Assembly (NCBI RefSeq): GCF_009914755.1
Contig: NC_060928.1
Strand: one strand, 5' to 3'
DNA length: 64,000 nt
Source: the human T2T-CHM13v2.0 reference genome, Homo sapiens
The notes under the pieces were generated by a model. It saw nothing but the letters and a program-made list of their open reading frames with translations. It was not told the DNA's origin and did no database searches. The translations under genes were made by a program, and so were the position numbers. Positions 15,330 through 27,930 of the stretch are shown piece after piece (within the stretch, counting starts at the first letter, position 1; every line of letters starts with the position of its first letter).

Positions 15330-15650
15330 TCTAAGATGAAGTCTCCCAGCTGCATTATTTTTGTAAGAAATATATATTTTTTCATGTTAAAGAGTGACAG
15401 GTCCAACTAGCAATACCGCAACTTGGAATCCACTTGCAGGAAGATGGAATTGGTGTTTGGAGATAAAGCATTTATCTTGTGACCATGAATAGGGAGTTAG
15501 ATGGAGTCTGACTTTACTAGTGGCTGACCCAGCACTGAGCTACCTATATTTGAGACTTCTTGTTATGTATAAAATATAAGCTTACATATGGTTAAGACAT
15601 TATAGATTCTATTTCTGTTATTTTTAGATTAAGCAATCATAACTGATATA
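15330..15650 (+). mobile_element. Old MLT1 (J/K-like) LTR fragment
   Basis: ATCTTGTGACCATGA; AGACTTCTTGTTATG; terminal ATAACTGATATA. Confidence 0.5.
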
Positions 15651-16937
15651 TTTCCTGTTATATATTTGTCAAGTAGTAGTTCATGTTCAGTGTTGAACAC
15701 CATATTGGTATCAGTAGATTATTTGGGAACTTAAAGTCAAAATATGTGTTCATAATTTTTATCCTCTCACTGAGTTAATAGCTTTTTATCTCTTTAGTAT
15801 TCTCTCCTGATTTTGTTCTAGTTGCTGTTATATTATTTCTGATACTGTTTTTCATTCAATATTCGTTTTAGAATTTCTAATTATTTTATCAAAGAACTTT
15901 CAAAGGCTCTTTCTTATCTAATAACTCTCTTAATAAAATTTGGTCTAACTCTACATTACAGAGTTCTTTGTTATTGAAGAACTCTTTAGCAAAGTTAGAG
16001 AATTGTTATGTTATTTACATGTTTATCAAATACTATGTCTGTTTTTCAAGGGACAGATGACACTGTAATCTCCTACACTTTATGTTGCCAATCCCTTTTT
16101 GATTGTATGATTTAGTACTATATACCTCACAAATCCACTTGTTTTGTTTAGCATTTCAACTTACTCTTCATTCTAATCAAAGAATTATTCATATATTTTG
16201 ACTTTTATTTCCTTGTACTTTATTTCCAGCCTTTGTAATCTTTGGTTTTTATTTTTCTGTATTGCTATTCCTTCTTTGTGTTACTGTCATCTGTGTTCTT
16301 ATTGCCTTTTGAAATGATCTTTATTAACTGATTGTCTGTATGTGTGGTCTCATTTTTCAATTTGACATTTGGTATTATTCTTACTACGCATGTTGTGTTT
16401 TAAGACAACAGACAAGCAGAATGCACATGAACGTTCTCCATGGTTTATGTGCTAGGGAGGGCACTCTTCTCCACTAAGGACCCTTGGTGGGTAGCACATA
16501 TGCTAAAAAGAATTGTGGTTTTCTATTTTAGAAATATTCCTAAGAAGTATTTATAAGACAGATGATCTATGTTACATGTGGCTAATAAGCTAGGGATTAT
16601 GTTAAATATTGGGATACATATTACTTTTCTGAGAACTATAATAAAATTCACTGAAATTTCTTAGTATATTTCTAAAGTATAGCTATTGATACAAACTGAG
16701 TATGAAGCAACAATTCAGAAAATTATTAGAACTTATTTTATACTCTATACACATTAACTTTTTAATTTAGCAAAATTTGTTTACAAATTTTAGTGTGTTT
16801 TGTAATACAATTTAGTACATCTCTGGTACTATGTGAAACTCTGCAGGTCGAAGGGCAAGCAAGACAGACGAGGTCCCAGTCTTTATGACACTTAAGTTTA
16901 TGTGTTATGCCTAAAATATGTTGTGACTGGTCTAATT

Positions 16938-17151
16938 CAAGAATTGCAAGCTACAATTCACGTGCTAAATCCCACATGTCATTTGCTATTTTGTAAATAA
17001 GTTTAATTGAAACACAGCCATGCCAATTAATTGATAAATTGTCCATAACTGCTTTGATGCTATAATGGCAGAGTTGACCACTGGGACAGATAACTTACGG
17101 TTGAAAAATATTTAGTATCTGATCCTTTAATGAGAAAGTTTGCTGATCTTG
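16938..17151. mobile_element. MER58A (hAT-Charlie MITE)
   Basis: TTTTGTAAATAAG..GAAACACAGCCATGC..GAAAGTTTGCTGA; perfect 8-bp TSD GTCTAATT at 16930-16937 and 17152-17159. Confidence 0.88.
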
Positions 17152-20100
17152 GTCTAATTGATCATATTAGTAATTAAATGACAATAGCAGTAACTTTTTA
17201 GCTGTTTGTAGCATGCTGTTTGCATGTGTGGAAGCAATGGATATTGACAAGTGTAGTCAATCAAAAGTCATGCCAGTTTGTAGAGAGTCTTTATTTGACT
17301 CTGCCACTGCTGCATTAATATGCTCATAACCCTCTGTCAAACATACAATATCATAACCCCAAGAATCAATGATTCATATTCATCTTATCTTCCCATTTCA
17401 GTAGAGACATAATACCATACTAACATAATATCTTATAGTTATTACATTCAGTACTCAAAAGAAATACCCAGTAAGGTGAGTGCATCAGTGGACCACATTA
17501 GAATTCATTCTCTTAAATGCTGCAATGACTTTGAGGAGTCCTACTTGTGAAGATAAGAATACTTGAAGATCTATTCCAATGTTTTTGGCTGAGCAAATTT
17601 GCTCATGTTTATGAGACCTTATGGATTCTAGTTGTAAACTATGATTGACAGAAAACAGCTCATTTACAGAATAAATTCTAAATTCCCCCACATTCGTAGG
17701 AAATTCATTGTCTAAAGCATCTTCTCCCTTCTGCTAGTGATTAGATATTTGAATAGTGCTGGTAAATCCTCAGAGTTGTTCTATCACTGCTAATTTATTT
17801 TTAAGGCAGAATTTTTTTGATTAGAAGCATAAAGAAAGTAATCAATTCTTCCCCATTGTGAATTAATTATAGATGTAGCAGTGGTAGAGAATAAAGATTC
17901 ATTGTGACATATCAATATCTGCTTTCAAAGGAAAGTATGCTTCTATCATTATTTGATCTTTTTTCACATCAGAATTCCAGGTAAATAAACATGCAATTGT
18001 AAAAAACAAAAAACCAAAAACCCACAAAACAAAACAAAACTTGCCCAGGATTAAAAAAGAGTACAGTTTCATCATTAAATAACAATTGAAAAAGAGCTGC
18101 CCTAAAGCAATAGATCTGAAGTTTACCCACACTTCTTTAAAAGAAAGAAATGTCTGGTAAAATACTTCTGAATTATATTTACTAATACAAAGAGAGATTA
18201 ACTCTGCACAAATATGTTGGAATAGCTTAAAGTGAAATATGAAAAGTGTCTTCTTTAAGTCAGAATGTTGCAATTGTTTTTTATTATTTAAAAGCCTACA
18301 TTCTTTCTGTGCATAAGATAGTGTGTGTGAATGCTGTATAATTACTTTGAACCACAAAAGCATTGTAAAAATTGATATAAGGAGAATCACGAAAAGAGTA
18401 GACAATGTTGACTGACTTTTCTAGGTAGACTTCTAGATGTCTAACCTATGTAATAATTTATGTTGTTAAGACAGTATTATTTGTCTCACACTTTCATCTT
18501 GACATTTTTAACATCAGAAAAAATTAAAGGAATTGGCATTCAGAAAGAATAAATACAAATATTTGTGGTTAGTATATAGTAGACCCAATGATACAACACG
18601 TCTAATTCTAAGACCCATATTCTTTCCTTCATAGCATGATGTTTCTTTAAGTTAATTTAACATTTTTGAATGAATAGATACCTATGTACCTATTACATGA
18701 AAAATAAATTTGTCTCCATGTACTTGCATAAATACATGGGCAATGTTCATGAAAAGAATGATGGCCACATCTGAAGTGTATTTTCAGACACATCTTCCTC
18801 TCTGAATGAGGTAGACAAGTGTAATCTTCAAAGTTTCTGACAATTACAGAAGTCTACAGTTTCCCAAAAAATTAAATTGAAAAGTTGAAATTCTTAATTC
18901 AAAAAATAGAATTTTGGAATTTTTACTAAACGTAGAAACTCTGTACAAATATATAGTGATAAATTTGTATAATCAAATATACATTCTGTTTACCAGTATG
19001 TGTTAATTCTACCTATAATTTCAGGGAAGCTTCTCAATAATAGTTTTTAACTTTTTTTTTTCAAAATGAATGAAGGCAAGAAGCTTGACACGAACAGCCC
19101 AATGTCATGTAACTAATATTTGAAATGTGGTATTAGATCCTAGGATATACTCTCACCAGAAAAAAATGATAAATTGGTGTGGATTCAGACAATAACTTAG
19201 AGTTATCAATTCCAGTATCAGAGTCATTCTCTAAAGTTTATTTTTAAACTTTTTGTCCTAATAAAATGTATTATGCATGTGATTTCCTGTATTCCATGAA
19301 AAAAATAACATAAGAAATAAAATGTAGTGCCAGTCTTTAAGGATTTCGAATCCATAGTGTGATGGAAAATGAATTCTTATACTTTTACGGTGATAAAGAC
19401 CCACGTCTCATACTAAAATTTATTTTTAAGTTATATTCATTGACTTCTGGATTTTATAGACACTTAGAAATCCAGTTGTGAAGTTAGCTTTCTAAATCTG
19501 TAATTTCTGGTAAAAGATGATGCTATAAATACTAAAGAAGATTGTAAGATAAATAGTAAGGTAAATAAAGCATTGTTTTGGAATGCCATTATTATAAGTA
19601 ATAATTTTAAATCATCTTCTATTGAAAAAAATGAATATTGTGAATAAAATAGTTTTAAGAAACTACTACTAGCTTTCAACAAAGGAATACCTAAGAGAAA
19701 AATAGAAGATATATCACAAATTAAAACAAGAAACAATTTAAGTGGCAGTATAGCTTATAACATATATAAAATCATGGATAGAGTTTATAAATGCAATTTA
19801 TTTTTGACACATGGTATTAGATATAAAGTTAAAAATCAAAATATAACATTCTTATATATTAGAGATTTTAAAAGACCATTAAATTCTAAAATAATTATAT
19901 TGAATAAAATTTATATTATGAGGTTGTGAGCCAAATTTGTTCACAAATTGGGCACTGGGTAAAAGCTTATTAAATGAATGAAAATGTAATGGAACAATCT
20001 AGAAAAACAAGAACAAAAATAAGCTGAGTCTGCCAAACAATATTGCCTACAAGAAATGAGAAGAAATGCAATCAGAGGAAATATGAAGAGTTTTCTTTAT

Positions 20101-20219
20101 CTTGCTTTTACAGCATTGCCATCGGTCATCCATTCTTCTTGTCCTTTGGAGGTTGAGGAGTGAGCCATAAAAATATTAAATTAAATGAAAACCACTTCAT
20201 ATTAAAATCAATGGATGAC

Positions 20220-20662
20220 TGTTTGAACAGGCACTCTGCCATGGAGCCTAAACATTCCTGCATGTTCTTGCTGGGTATTCTAAAAATGCAAAGTCCTGAC
20301 TGCTATTTGAGCCATCTTCCAAGGTTGTGATTATGGTGTCCAACCTTGAGAAGAGGTAGCATCTGCCCCTGGACAGAAAGCAGGCTTGTTCCCACTTGCT
20401 ATAAAAGCAATACATTCCCCAACCTCAATGTTTCTCTGCTGCGGTACAATCCATTGCATGTATAAACACCCGTGGGTCTGGAGGACAGAGGAAACTGGTA
20501 TAAATATGAAGCTCTGGCTACTACATTTGCTGTGAGTAATATAGTCCTTTGTCTCCTTTACAGGACTTTTGTGTTTTTTTATGAGCATATATAAAACAGT
20601 TCCAGGCTAATTTTCTAACTTACAAGTAGGGTAAAATCTCAGATGCTGTGTAGATCTAAACA
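20220..20662 (+). mobile_element. Solo LTR40 (ERVL)
   Basis: TG...CA termini, perfect 5-bp TSD ATGAC (20215-20219 and 20663-20667); TTGCTGTGAGTAATA and AAGTAGGGTAAAATCTCAGA motifs. Confidence 0.85.
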
Positions 20663-20834
20663 ATGACATCACTATCAAAATGTGTGTGTGCATGTGTGTA
20701 CACACATAATTCTCTATATTTTTATATGTACATACACATACACATATATCCTGTATCTACTACTTTTTTTAGTCAACTGTTGTAACATTATGCTAATGGT
20801 TACATTAAATTGGTTAAGTACATTAAAATGGTTA

Positions 20835-20990
20835 AGTAAATTGTGCCATTTACTTAAGCCCTCTGTGCCCCCAACTATACATTGAGAATATTATTGATAG
20901 ATAACTCATAGGGTTGTTATATGAATTAAATGCTATAGTGAGTGGAGTTTTCTTGGAACAATGTTTGGCACTCAATAGCTTTAATTATTC
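20835..20990 (+). mobile_element. MIR
   Basis: Core CTCATAGGGTTGTTATATGAATTAAATG. Confidence 0.7.
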
Positions 20991-21675
20991 TTTCTTATCT
21001 TTGATTACTATTAACATATTTTATAATTCATTATTTTGCAAAGACATTTCACTGAAAGTAGGTTTGTGATCTTTCTATAACTATAAACAGAGACTTTGAG
21101 TAAAATAAATATCAATTTGTAGAATAACATCTACATTTGTATATATAGTGACTCAATTTTTAAAAGAAAATTTCACATTTTGTTTTAAGATTACTCAAAA
21201 ATCATTTTAAAACATTTCAAGTAGGCAGACTGCCTAAAAAACAATACATGACCTCCTTCTATTTCTAAAATTGATCAATTTTGAAGTTACTCAGATATAG
21301 TATTTAAAGACGTTCATAATTGTGAAATATATTTAAAAGACAACAGTGGCCCCTAGTGATGCAAAAACTAAAATAACAGGATGGAGACAGACAATCCAAA
21401 GAAAAATAAACTTAAATGGTTTACTGACATTTTTAGCTCCATTGATGAGAGATTAATATTGTCTTTCACAGAAAGCACCCCTTTTTCAAAAATGGCTGTA
21501 CACACTAACATGCATGCTATTTAAGCCAAGCAGAAACTGATACCTTGACTTTTATGGTTTATAAGGAACTGTAGATGCATAGATAGCCAAATCATACATC
21601 ATCACAAGAATGGTAATTTACTTTTCGAACATGTTTAATTAGCAATGAATTAGAACTTTCTTATAAATGCTAGTA

Positions 21676-21840
21676 CAGATGGTCCTCAATTTGTGATAGT
21701 TTTATTTACAGTTTTTTGACTTTATGTTGGTGCCAAAGAAATGTACAGTCAGTAGAAGCCATACTTCGTTTGAATTTTGAAATTTGATCTTTTCCTGGGT
21801 TAGTGATATGCAGTGATACGTTCTTGAGGTGCTGGATCAG
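21676..21840. mobile_element. MER47/Tigger5-type fragment
   Basis: TA|CAGATGGTCCTCAA TIR; TTTGATCTTTTCCTGGG motif; only one end present. Confidence 0.7.
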
Positions 21841-22884
21841 ATCATCTAACATAAAGCCTATTTTATAATAAAGTGTTGAATATCTTGAAATTTTCTTTCT
21901 TTCTCATGTGTTTGACTGATATGAGAGCTCTTACATTCAGCTATCAGATACGTGAATTCTGACTTCCAAGCACCTAATCTAATTGTATTGTGAATTCTAA
22001 ACATTATCACAAATTTTGAAACAAGATGAGAATCTGTTGCACCCACAGAATTTAAAAAGATAATATAAAACAAAAGAGAAGTCCCAATTTACTTTGAATA
22101 CTGTGGAAATAATTCTTACATAAGAAAGAAATTGGACTACTTAAAATTTGAAGGAAACTATTTCTAATCCAGTAATGCAAACTGAAATCATTTTCCATCA
22201 ATGTTTTATTTGATGGAAACAAGTAACGTTTTAATGATGATTCAAGTAACCATCACAAAATGTCGTCACAAGAATTAATACGAATTACTAGATGAATGCA
22301 TTTAGATAGATGTGATGCTTTTGAAAAAATGTAAAATCTGAAAAGCAATTCTGAAGAACAATTATCAATGTATGAGCAAGTAAATATCAGTTAACATAGA
22401 CATTAATGAAGCATAAATTTACATTATGCTCCAAAGACAGTTTGGTAGGCAAGTTAGTAAACAGAAATGCTATATTGCATTTAGAATAAAGTTGAAGAAT
22501 TTGTCATTTCTGAATTATCAATGATTTTTCATGAATCAGAAAGGATGTCTAGAAATATTTTTCAAATTACATATATATATTTAAAAACTATGCATACAAA
22601 GTAAATGTTCAGTTGTAGTTGGAAGATAAACTCTAAACTCAGATTGCTTAAATTTTGTGTGTTTGTGAGAACGTAAGATTTTATTTTTCTTGAATAAATA
22701 CTTGTACAGTACTAGGATGTGTGGAAAGCATGTTCTTAATTAGAAACTACCAAACTTTTTTCTAAAGTGACTTACCATACTGCTTTCCCATCAACAAGTT
22801 AATGAAATGAAATATTGCTATTTCTTTTTTTTTCTAGCTCATTGAGAAATGTCGTTTATTTTGTCATTTACTTTGCTTCTTAAT

Positions 22885-23230
22885 GGCCTTTTTTCTCCCC
22901 CACTCTGCTTTACTGAGGTATGATTGGTATATTAAAACCTGCACATAAATAATGTATATAGTTTGATGAGTTTGGATATATGTATATGCTAGTGCTGCCA
23001 TCACCGCAATCAAGGAAATAATGGGTATAAAGTTACAACTACACAAGATGAGTAAAATCCAGGTTGCTTGATTTTGAATCCTTGTTCTGCCACTTGGTAA
23101 TTTTGGTATATTACCACCATTGTCTCAAATTCTTCACCCATAAAATAAGAATACAGATAATAGAGTTTTAGTGAGGATTAAATGGGTTCATAAAAGAATA
23201 AGCCTATGTAAATATTAACTATGATCATAT
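22885..23230. mobile_element. L1MB 3' fragment (-) plus MIR (+)
   Basis: GCTTTACTGAGGTATGATT..GCCATCACCGCAATCAAG; GTGAGGATTAAATG. Confidence 0.55.
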
Positions 23231-23279
23231 TACTATAGAGAAGATTAATGAGAAAGAAAAGCAAAGGGATTACCTCTAA

Positions 23280-24412
23280 CAAAAAAAAAAAAAACTCTTA
23301 GGCAGCAAAAGGAACAGAATAAAGAGACAACTCATATAACAGGAGAAAATACTTGCAAACCATGCATCTGAAAAGAGGTTAATATTTAAAATATATGAGA
23401 CTTAACTCAATAGCAAGAAAACTAATAAGCTGATTTAAAAATGGGCAAATAACCTGAATAGGCATTTTTCAAAAGAAGATATATAAATGGCCAGCAATTA
23501 TATAAAAAAATGTTCATTATCACTAATCATCAGGGCAGTGCAAATTAAAGTCCTAATGAGATATCACCTCATGCTTGTTAGGATGGCTGTTATCAAAAAG
23601 ACAAATGATAACAAGTGTTGGTGAAGATGTGGAGAAAACGGAAACCTTGTGCACTTTTGGTGGGAATGTAAATCAGTACAGTCATTATGAAAACAGTATG
23701 AAGGTTCCTCAAAAAACTAAAAATAAAATTACCTTATGATCCAGCAATCCAACTCTGAGTACATATCCAAAACAAAGGAAAGCTGTATGCACCCTCATGT
23801 TCATTGCAGCATAAATAGTAAAAATAGCCAAGATATGAAAACCTAAGTGTCCATTAATAGATAATAAAGAAAATGTGATATGTATAAACAATGGAGTATT
23901 ATTCAGCCTTTTAGAAAATCCTGTTATTTTCAAGAACATGGATTAATCTGGAGGGCATTATGTTAAGTGTAATAAACCAGGCACAGAAAGAGAAATACCA
24001 CATGATCTTACTTATATGGGGAATCTAAAAAAAAAAAAAATATTGAACTCATATAAGTAGAGAGTAAAAAGGTGGTTACCAGGGCGTAGGAGATGGGTTA
24101 GTGAATTAGGAATATATTGGTCAAAGGATATAAAATTTCAGCTAGAAAGGAGAGGTAAGTTTAAGAGACCTATTGTACAGCATGATGACAATAGTTAATA
24201 ACACTCTATTGTATAGTTGAAAATCACTGAGAGAGTAGATTTTACATGTTCTTACCACATGAAAAAGTATGTGAGTATAATTAATTAGCTTGATTTAGTC
24301 ATTCTGCAATGTATACATATTTTGAAGCATCCTGTTTTGCACAATAAATATATACAATTTGTATTTGTCAATTTGAAATAAATAAATTAAATAAATAAAT
24401 AAATAAATAAAT
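23280..24412 (+). mobile_element. L1MA (MA7/MA8-like) 3' end with (AAAT)n tail
   Basis: ORF2 C-terminal sequence (AAATGGGCAAA..GGATGGCTGTTATCAAAAAGAC), 3'UTR GAGAGTAGATTTT, tail 24376-24412. Confidence 0.88.
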
Positions 24413-24769
24413 AGCAAAGGAAACACATCCACAAATTTTAGGTGGAAAATAATTAGACTAAACAATAGTTAGCCTCATCAATGATTTTTTTATTTGTTTT
24501 CTCCAAAATGTACTTTTCACTCACTATTCTTTCAAAAATAAATTCTTCAATTTTTATCAATTATTTTTAAGAGAGTAAAAATAATTTTTTTCTGTAACAC
24601 TATTTTTAGCTAGACATAAGTTTATATAGCCTAAACTTTTTTTGATAGTTGTTATAATAAATATTTATTGGAGATGTTCTATGAGCCAATCAATACTGTG
24701 CTAGGAGCTAAATAGGTAAATGAAATATTAAATAGAATATGTTTAGTGCATTGGTCTTCATTCACCTGG

Positions 24770-24912
24770 AATGCCTGAATACACAGACTGCTGACTCTTA
24801 GCCCCAGAATTTCTAACATGTCTGTTGGGAAGTTCAAGATTTTCCATTACTAGCAAGTTATGAGGTAATCCTGATTCTGTTGTTCTTGGGAAAACACTTT
24901 GAGAACAGCTAG
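24770..24912. mobile_element. MER5A-like fragment
   Basis: CACCTGG..CCCCAGAATTTCT..ACACTTTGAGAACA. Confidence 0.55.
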
Positions 24913-25356
24913 TTGAGTACACTAGTGTTGGAGTTTAGCAAGGATGCTATAAGACATATTCCAAACCCAGACTTGATGGACAAGTTAGGAAAGGATCCCT
25001 AATAGATTAGGACCTGTACACTGAATCTTGAAGAATGGTGAACGAAGCCAAGTAAAGTCAGACAAATTTTACTGTTGCAGGAGATGAACTTTAATAGACC
25101 ACTAATCCAGATCGAACCAAGTCTTTCACTAAGCTGGGGATTTTATTCACTGAAAAAATAGCATTTACCCTTTTCAGTTTCAATGAAGTTGAAAGAATGA
25201 ATTATAGACTTAAGTAGAAATCTGACCTCATAAACCTCGACTAAGCTGGGATACTTTGCTCCCAAGGAAAATTTAGTACTCAACTTTTCTTAAGGGCTGT
25301 AGTTCCAAAGGGGTTTAAAAAAGGGTTTTAAAAGACACTTAGATAGAAATTCCATC

Positions 25357-25651
25357 TTTTTTTTTTTTTTCTGAGAAGGAGTCTTGCTCTGTGGCCAAGG
25401 CTGGAGTGCAGTGGCACAATCTTGGCTCACTGCAACCTCCGCCTCCCGGGTTCAAGCAATTCTCTGCCTCAGCCTCCTGAGTAGCTGGGATTGCAGGCAC
25501 CCAACACCACGCCTGGCTAATTTTTTGTGTTTTTAGTAGAGACGGGGTTTCACCATCTTGGCCAGGATGGTCTTGAACTCCTGACCTCGTGATCCACCTG
25601 CCTAGGCTTCCCAAAGTGCTGGGATTACAGGCGTGAGTCACCGGGCCGGAC
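25357..25651 (-). mobile_element. AluS (Sg-like)
   Basis: Poly-T then full reverse Alu with CTGACCTCGTGATCC. Confidence 0.95.
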
Positions 25652-26370
25652 TATAATTTGATCTTAAAAGGGGATTTTATGTTTTCAAAGAATAATTTAC
25701 TGTACTTCCTTAAACCAAAACAATATTCAACACAGTATTATTAATAAATTAATTAAATCAACCATTTTCCTATATGTTTCAGCAATATAATGTGTAGCCC
25801 ATGTGCAAATCACTAAGGCAAAATATATAGTGATAACTTTGCAAGATACCTGAGAACTGGAAATTATAAAGAAGAAAATCAAGATTGGCAAAACATTTTA
25901 AAAATTTCTTAAATAAGTTAAGAATATCTGCAGCAATTTGTATGAAGACCTCCCAACAGGAAGAACAATTACATATTTTTCATGAGATCAGAGGCAGGAA
26001 ATAATAAAGAAAATGTGCTTCTATTAGAGTACACATGGTGGAGAATTGAGGAAGATAAGTTCAAACATGTCATTAGGAACAGTATCTTTTCTTCTTATCT
26101 AGCTTCTACTCATCCTTCAAGACCAAATTTAAATCTGACTTCCTCTATGAAGTCTGCAATTATTTAAAACTCAGAGTTAAGGACGTTATAAAATACATAC
26201 ATATAATTCACTCAAGAAGTATTTATTGGGGATTTCTACAGGTAAAGCATGGCTCTGGGTGCTTGGATATACGAATAAACAGAGCAAACAAAATCCCCTC
26301 CCTCCCAGGAATTATGTGCTATTTGGTGAGAAAAGTTAACAAACAATAAATATTTTAAAAAGTAAATTAA

Positions 26371-26495
26371 TCTAGGTGTGGTAGCTCATGCATGTAATCC
26401 CAATGCTTTGGGAGGCAAAGGTGGGAGGATAACTTGAGGCCATAAGTTTGGAACCAGCCTGAGCAACATATCAAGACCTGTTTCTACAACAAAAA
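26371..26495 (+). mobile_element. FLAM/Alu left monomer within L2 sequence
   Basis: GGTGTGGTAGCTCATGCATGTAATCCCA..CCAGCCTGAGCAACATA; no right arm. Confidence 0.8.
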
Positions 26496-27861
26496 TGTAA
26501 CTTATGTAGTTAGACATTTATAAGTTTAAGAAATAATAAGTGTAAAACAAATAGAATAAGTATGGAATATCAAATATAGAGTGGGATAGGCTAAGGGAAA
26601 AGTGTAGACAAACTATCTGGCTGTATTCTGTTTAGTGCTTGAATCTCGGAGGAATTCATCTCAAATATCTTATTTAAAAATGAATGACTAAATGGATATA
26701 GTATTATATTCCATTTCTGGAACATGCCTGATTCTGTCCCAGCTTTACTCCTTTAACTGTTCTTTGCTCTAATCTAAATTGTTCTCTCCTCTCATCTAAG
26801 TATCTGCCCAATAACATCATTATTTTACTCCATCAAGTTCAAGTTAAGACATGGAGCTTATACTTGTTATAACATGGAGCAAAACCTTTCTCTCTGAACA
26901 TTAATATTTCATTGTCTGTGGGAATTGTTTTAACACTTTCCCTCATGTATCTTAAATGTAAATGCTTTCAAATGACCCAGTTGCATATTATTTATTGTAC
27001 TTGAGACTTTAATATGCTAAAATCTTGAAGGTGCATATTTGATCATCAAATTTGTGGAAAATGTTTGCTACATAATGTAATTGGTAGAGCCACTTCTCAT
27101 TTTCAAACTAATCCACCAAATTAGAGTTACATTCTGTAAAAGAAAAATAGATTCTTTTTTTTCTTCAGTTAGGAGATACTTTAACAGGCCCCCCCTCCCT
27201 CCTATCTGCACAGCATTCTCATTTTACTTCAACTTTCTCAAATAGGAAATAGAAACCATATTATCTACTCATGAGTTTGCCACCTAAGTGAAATATATTT
27301 CTGCCTCACTCAATATTCTTTGGTTATGTTTCTATAAACACTCCCTCAAGAAAAAAATATACCCTTTTGTTTGTTTTTGATGTCTGAGGAAATGTACCCT
27401 GGTAAGAGTCTAGATCAATGAATGGTATGTGTTTATTATGCAGAAAGGAAGATCTACTTTCCTGAAAGGGATAATGAGGGGAAAAAAAGCAAAGTATAGG
27501 CAAGTTCTTTTAAATAAATACATTTTAAGGAGGACAGATAGAAATTGAAAAAACACTTACTTGCTCAAGTACTCCTTATAATATCTTTGTGTAGCACTAA
27601 AGGTACCACCTTGCAAAGAGCACTGATTTATGGCATTCCTAATAAATGACAATATAATTTGTAATCCAGAACATGCCTGAGAAAGAGTCAGAATTAATTA
27701 TGCTAGGAGAACTGGTGTGAGCCAGGACTGCCTCCTGCAAACTAGGGCATATGGTCACCCCGTGTATCTATGTACACTCTCTTTAATGGTAGTTCTATAA
27801 ATGATATATTTTATCTCTACAACTAAATTGTAAATTGCTGAGGACAATATATTCTTTGTAT

Positions 27862-27930
27862 TTTTAAATATAATATATAATATATTATTATATAATATTA
27901 CATAAATATTATAATATATAATAAAATATT
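27862..27930. repeat. AT-rich low-complexity tract
   Basis: Direct read. Confidence 0.85.

Noticed and set aside
17899-18405. 168-aa hydrophobic ORF
   Set aside because: Non-ATG start, F/L/I bias explained by T-rich sequence, no recognisable domain or splice context
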